Shown: in pieces, positions 62,581 to 64,000 of the stretch
How positions within the stretch are numbered: position 1 is the first letter of the stretch
How the letters are laid out: each line of letters starts with the position of its first letter
Source: Terriglobia bacterium
GTDB taxonomy: Bacteria > Acidobacteriota > Polarisedimenticolia > Polarisedimenticolales > JAIQFR01
Assembly: GCA_963748015.1 (NCBI GenBank)
Contig: CAVVHE010000005.1
Location: forward strand, 608,001-672,000
Reading direction: 5' to 3'
DNA: 64,000 nt
The notes under the pieces: model-generated
Told to the model about the DNA's origin: nothing
The model's input: the letters and a program-made list of their open reading frames with translations, nothing else
The model's database searches: none
Made by a program: the position numbers and the translations under genes

Positions 62581-64000
62581 ATGAGCTCGATTCGAGGCTT
62601 ATCGGTCCGTTGCGCCAGAACGCTCGCGGTCGTCGCGGCCGTCGTCCTGTCTTTCCTCGAACCGTGGTCGGAAGTGTTCGCCCAGGAAACCACAGGAGCG
62701 ATCGAGGGCACCATTCTGGCGCCAGACGGTACGCCGCTTGCCGGAGTCGAGGTCGCTGCTAAGAAACCCTCGCCGCGGGTCGAGCGAATCGGGATCACGA
62801 ACCGCGACGGCGGCTTCCGCATCACGGCTCTCCCACTGGGGAAGTACGAGATCGCGGTCCGCGATCCGAGGTTCGAGCCGTCGACGATCGATCAGGTTGT
62901 GGTGCGGCTCGGCCGGACGACCGGCGTTCCAGCCGTGCGTCTGGCTCCTCTCGGCAGTCTCGTCGAGCGCGTCGAGGTGGTCGGCAAGGCGCCGCCTATC
63001 GATCCCGCGAGCACGTCGACGGGAGGAAACATCTCGGCGGCATTGTTCGACAATCTCCCCCTCCAGCGCGACTACCAGAGCATCGCGATGCTCTTGCCGA
63101 ACGTGAGCACGAGCTACCTCGGCGACGGGATCAACTTCAACGGTGCGACGGGGGAGGAGAACCGCTACTTCGTGGACGGGATCGACATGACCGACCCGTC
63201 GCGAGGACTCGGCGGGACGGTGCTCCCCCCAGACTTCATTCAGGAGGTCGAACTGAAGACGGGAGGCTACGAGGCGGAGTACCGGAGCGCGCTGGGCGGG
63301 ATGGTGAACGTGGTGACCCCGACGGGAGGCAATCGGCTGGCCGGCAAGTTCATCGGCTACTGGACTAGCCACGTCGTTTCAACCGACTCGAGACAGAGCC
63401 CGCTCCAATTGCAGCAAAAGGACTTCGCGCAGCACGACGTTGGCTTCAGCCTGTCCGGCCCGCTCGCCAAGGATCGCGCATGGTTCTTCCTCGCCTACGA
63501 CCCGGCGTATCAGAGCGTGGAGACCGAGGTTCCTGGCGTCGGCTACTTCGAGGATTCCTCGACGGCGCATCGCTTTGCCGGGAAGATCGACTGGCGCGTC
63601 AACGGTTCGAACAGTCTCGGGCTGACGGTCGTGGGCGACCCGATGGAACGGGACGCCGTCGGAGAGCTTCCGGGTTCGGTTGGCATGAACCCGGTGTCGT
63701 TCCTCAACCCGGATCCCTATCTGCGGAGTATCGAGAGGGGTGGCGTCGGCATCTCCGTTCGGGGGACGCACGTCCTTGGACCGCGCGTTCTGCTCGAGAC
63801 CTCGTTATCGAACTTGTGGCGGAAAGACCGCAACCTCCCGGCGACGGATCGGGGACGTAACGAGGTGCTGTTCATCGACGCGGCGACCGGCGTGTGGTCG
63901 GGGGGGTCGCAGGGCGAATCGGGCTACCGGAACAGCCAGATGACCGCCGGGGTGAAGGCGATCTGGGCGCTTGCGCGTCACGAAATCAAGTTCGGCGCCG
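62581..64000 (+). CDS. Oar-like TonB-dependent receptor with carboxypeptidase-regulatory-like N-domain (runs off the window)
   Basis: My translation from ATG 62581: signal peptide, AQETTGAIEG, PLAGV, LPLGKYEI, LPLQRDY, NRYFVDG, IQEVELKTGGYEAEY..ALGGMVNVVT, GPLAKDRAWFF. Absent from the ORF track because there is no stop in the window. Confidence 0.9.
   Translation, partial: MSSIRGLSVRCARTLAVVAAVVLSFLEPWSEVFAQETTGAIEGTILAPDGTPLAGVEVAAKKPSPRVERIGITNRDGGFRITALPLGKYEIAVRDPRFEPSTIDQVVVRLGRTTGVPAVRLAPLGSLVERVEVVGKAPPIDPASTSTGGNISAALFDNLPLQRDYQSIAMLLPNVSTSYLGDGINFNGATGEENRYFVDGIDMTDPSRGLGGTVLPPDFIQEVELKTGGYEAEYRSALGGMVNVVTPTGGNRLAGKFIGYWTSHVVSTDSRQSPLQLQQKDFAQHDVGFSLSGPLAKDRAWFFLAYDPAYQSVETEVPGVGYFEDSSTAHRFAGKIDWRVNGSNSLGLTVVGDPMERDAVGELPGSVGMNPVSFLNPDPYLRSIERGGVGISVRGTHVLGPRVLLETSLSNLWRKDRNLPATDRGRNEVLFIDAATGVWSGGSQGESGYRNSQMTAGVKAIWALARHEIKFGA

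Overview
A very GC-rich (visually about 70%) chromosomal segment from a diderm bacterium. The gene families suggest Acidobacteriota: a VWA protein, an Oar-type TonB receptor, a Ser/Thr kinase and a WD40-Omp85. Contents from left to right: (i) envelope and outer-membrane genes, several preceded by sigma-54-type promoters; (ii) yitJ, fadL with a degenerate acyl-CoA ligase, and a barrel / TPR / metallopeptidase-propeller-Omp85 operon; (iii) an M1 peptidase followed by ftsEX; (iv) a strongly structured intergenic element and a 6x22-bp palindromic tandem repeat; (v) fadJ/fadI-like genes, the thiolase lacking its nucleophilic Cys; (vi) degP, two sigma-54 activators, and a sensor kinase separated from its regulator by ligA; (vii) an RRNPP-like HTH-TPR regulator overlapping a secreted protein gene, the best candidate for an undescribed system; (viii) a Cys/Met PLP enzyme; (ix) the dcw cluster mraZ-ftsZ with three single-base frameshifts, probably sequencing errors; (x) a diguanylate cyclase, an ABC-F ATPase, a kinase-nSTAND1-WD40 protein and a partial TonB-dependent receptor. 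No rRNA, tRNA, CRISPR array or transposase was recognised. All calls come from reading motifs by eye; no database searches were run.
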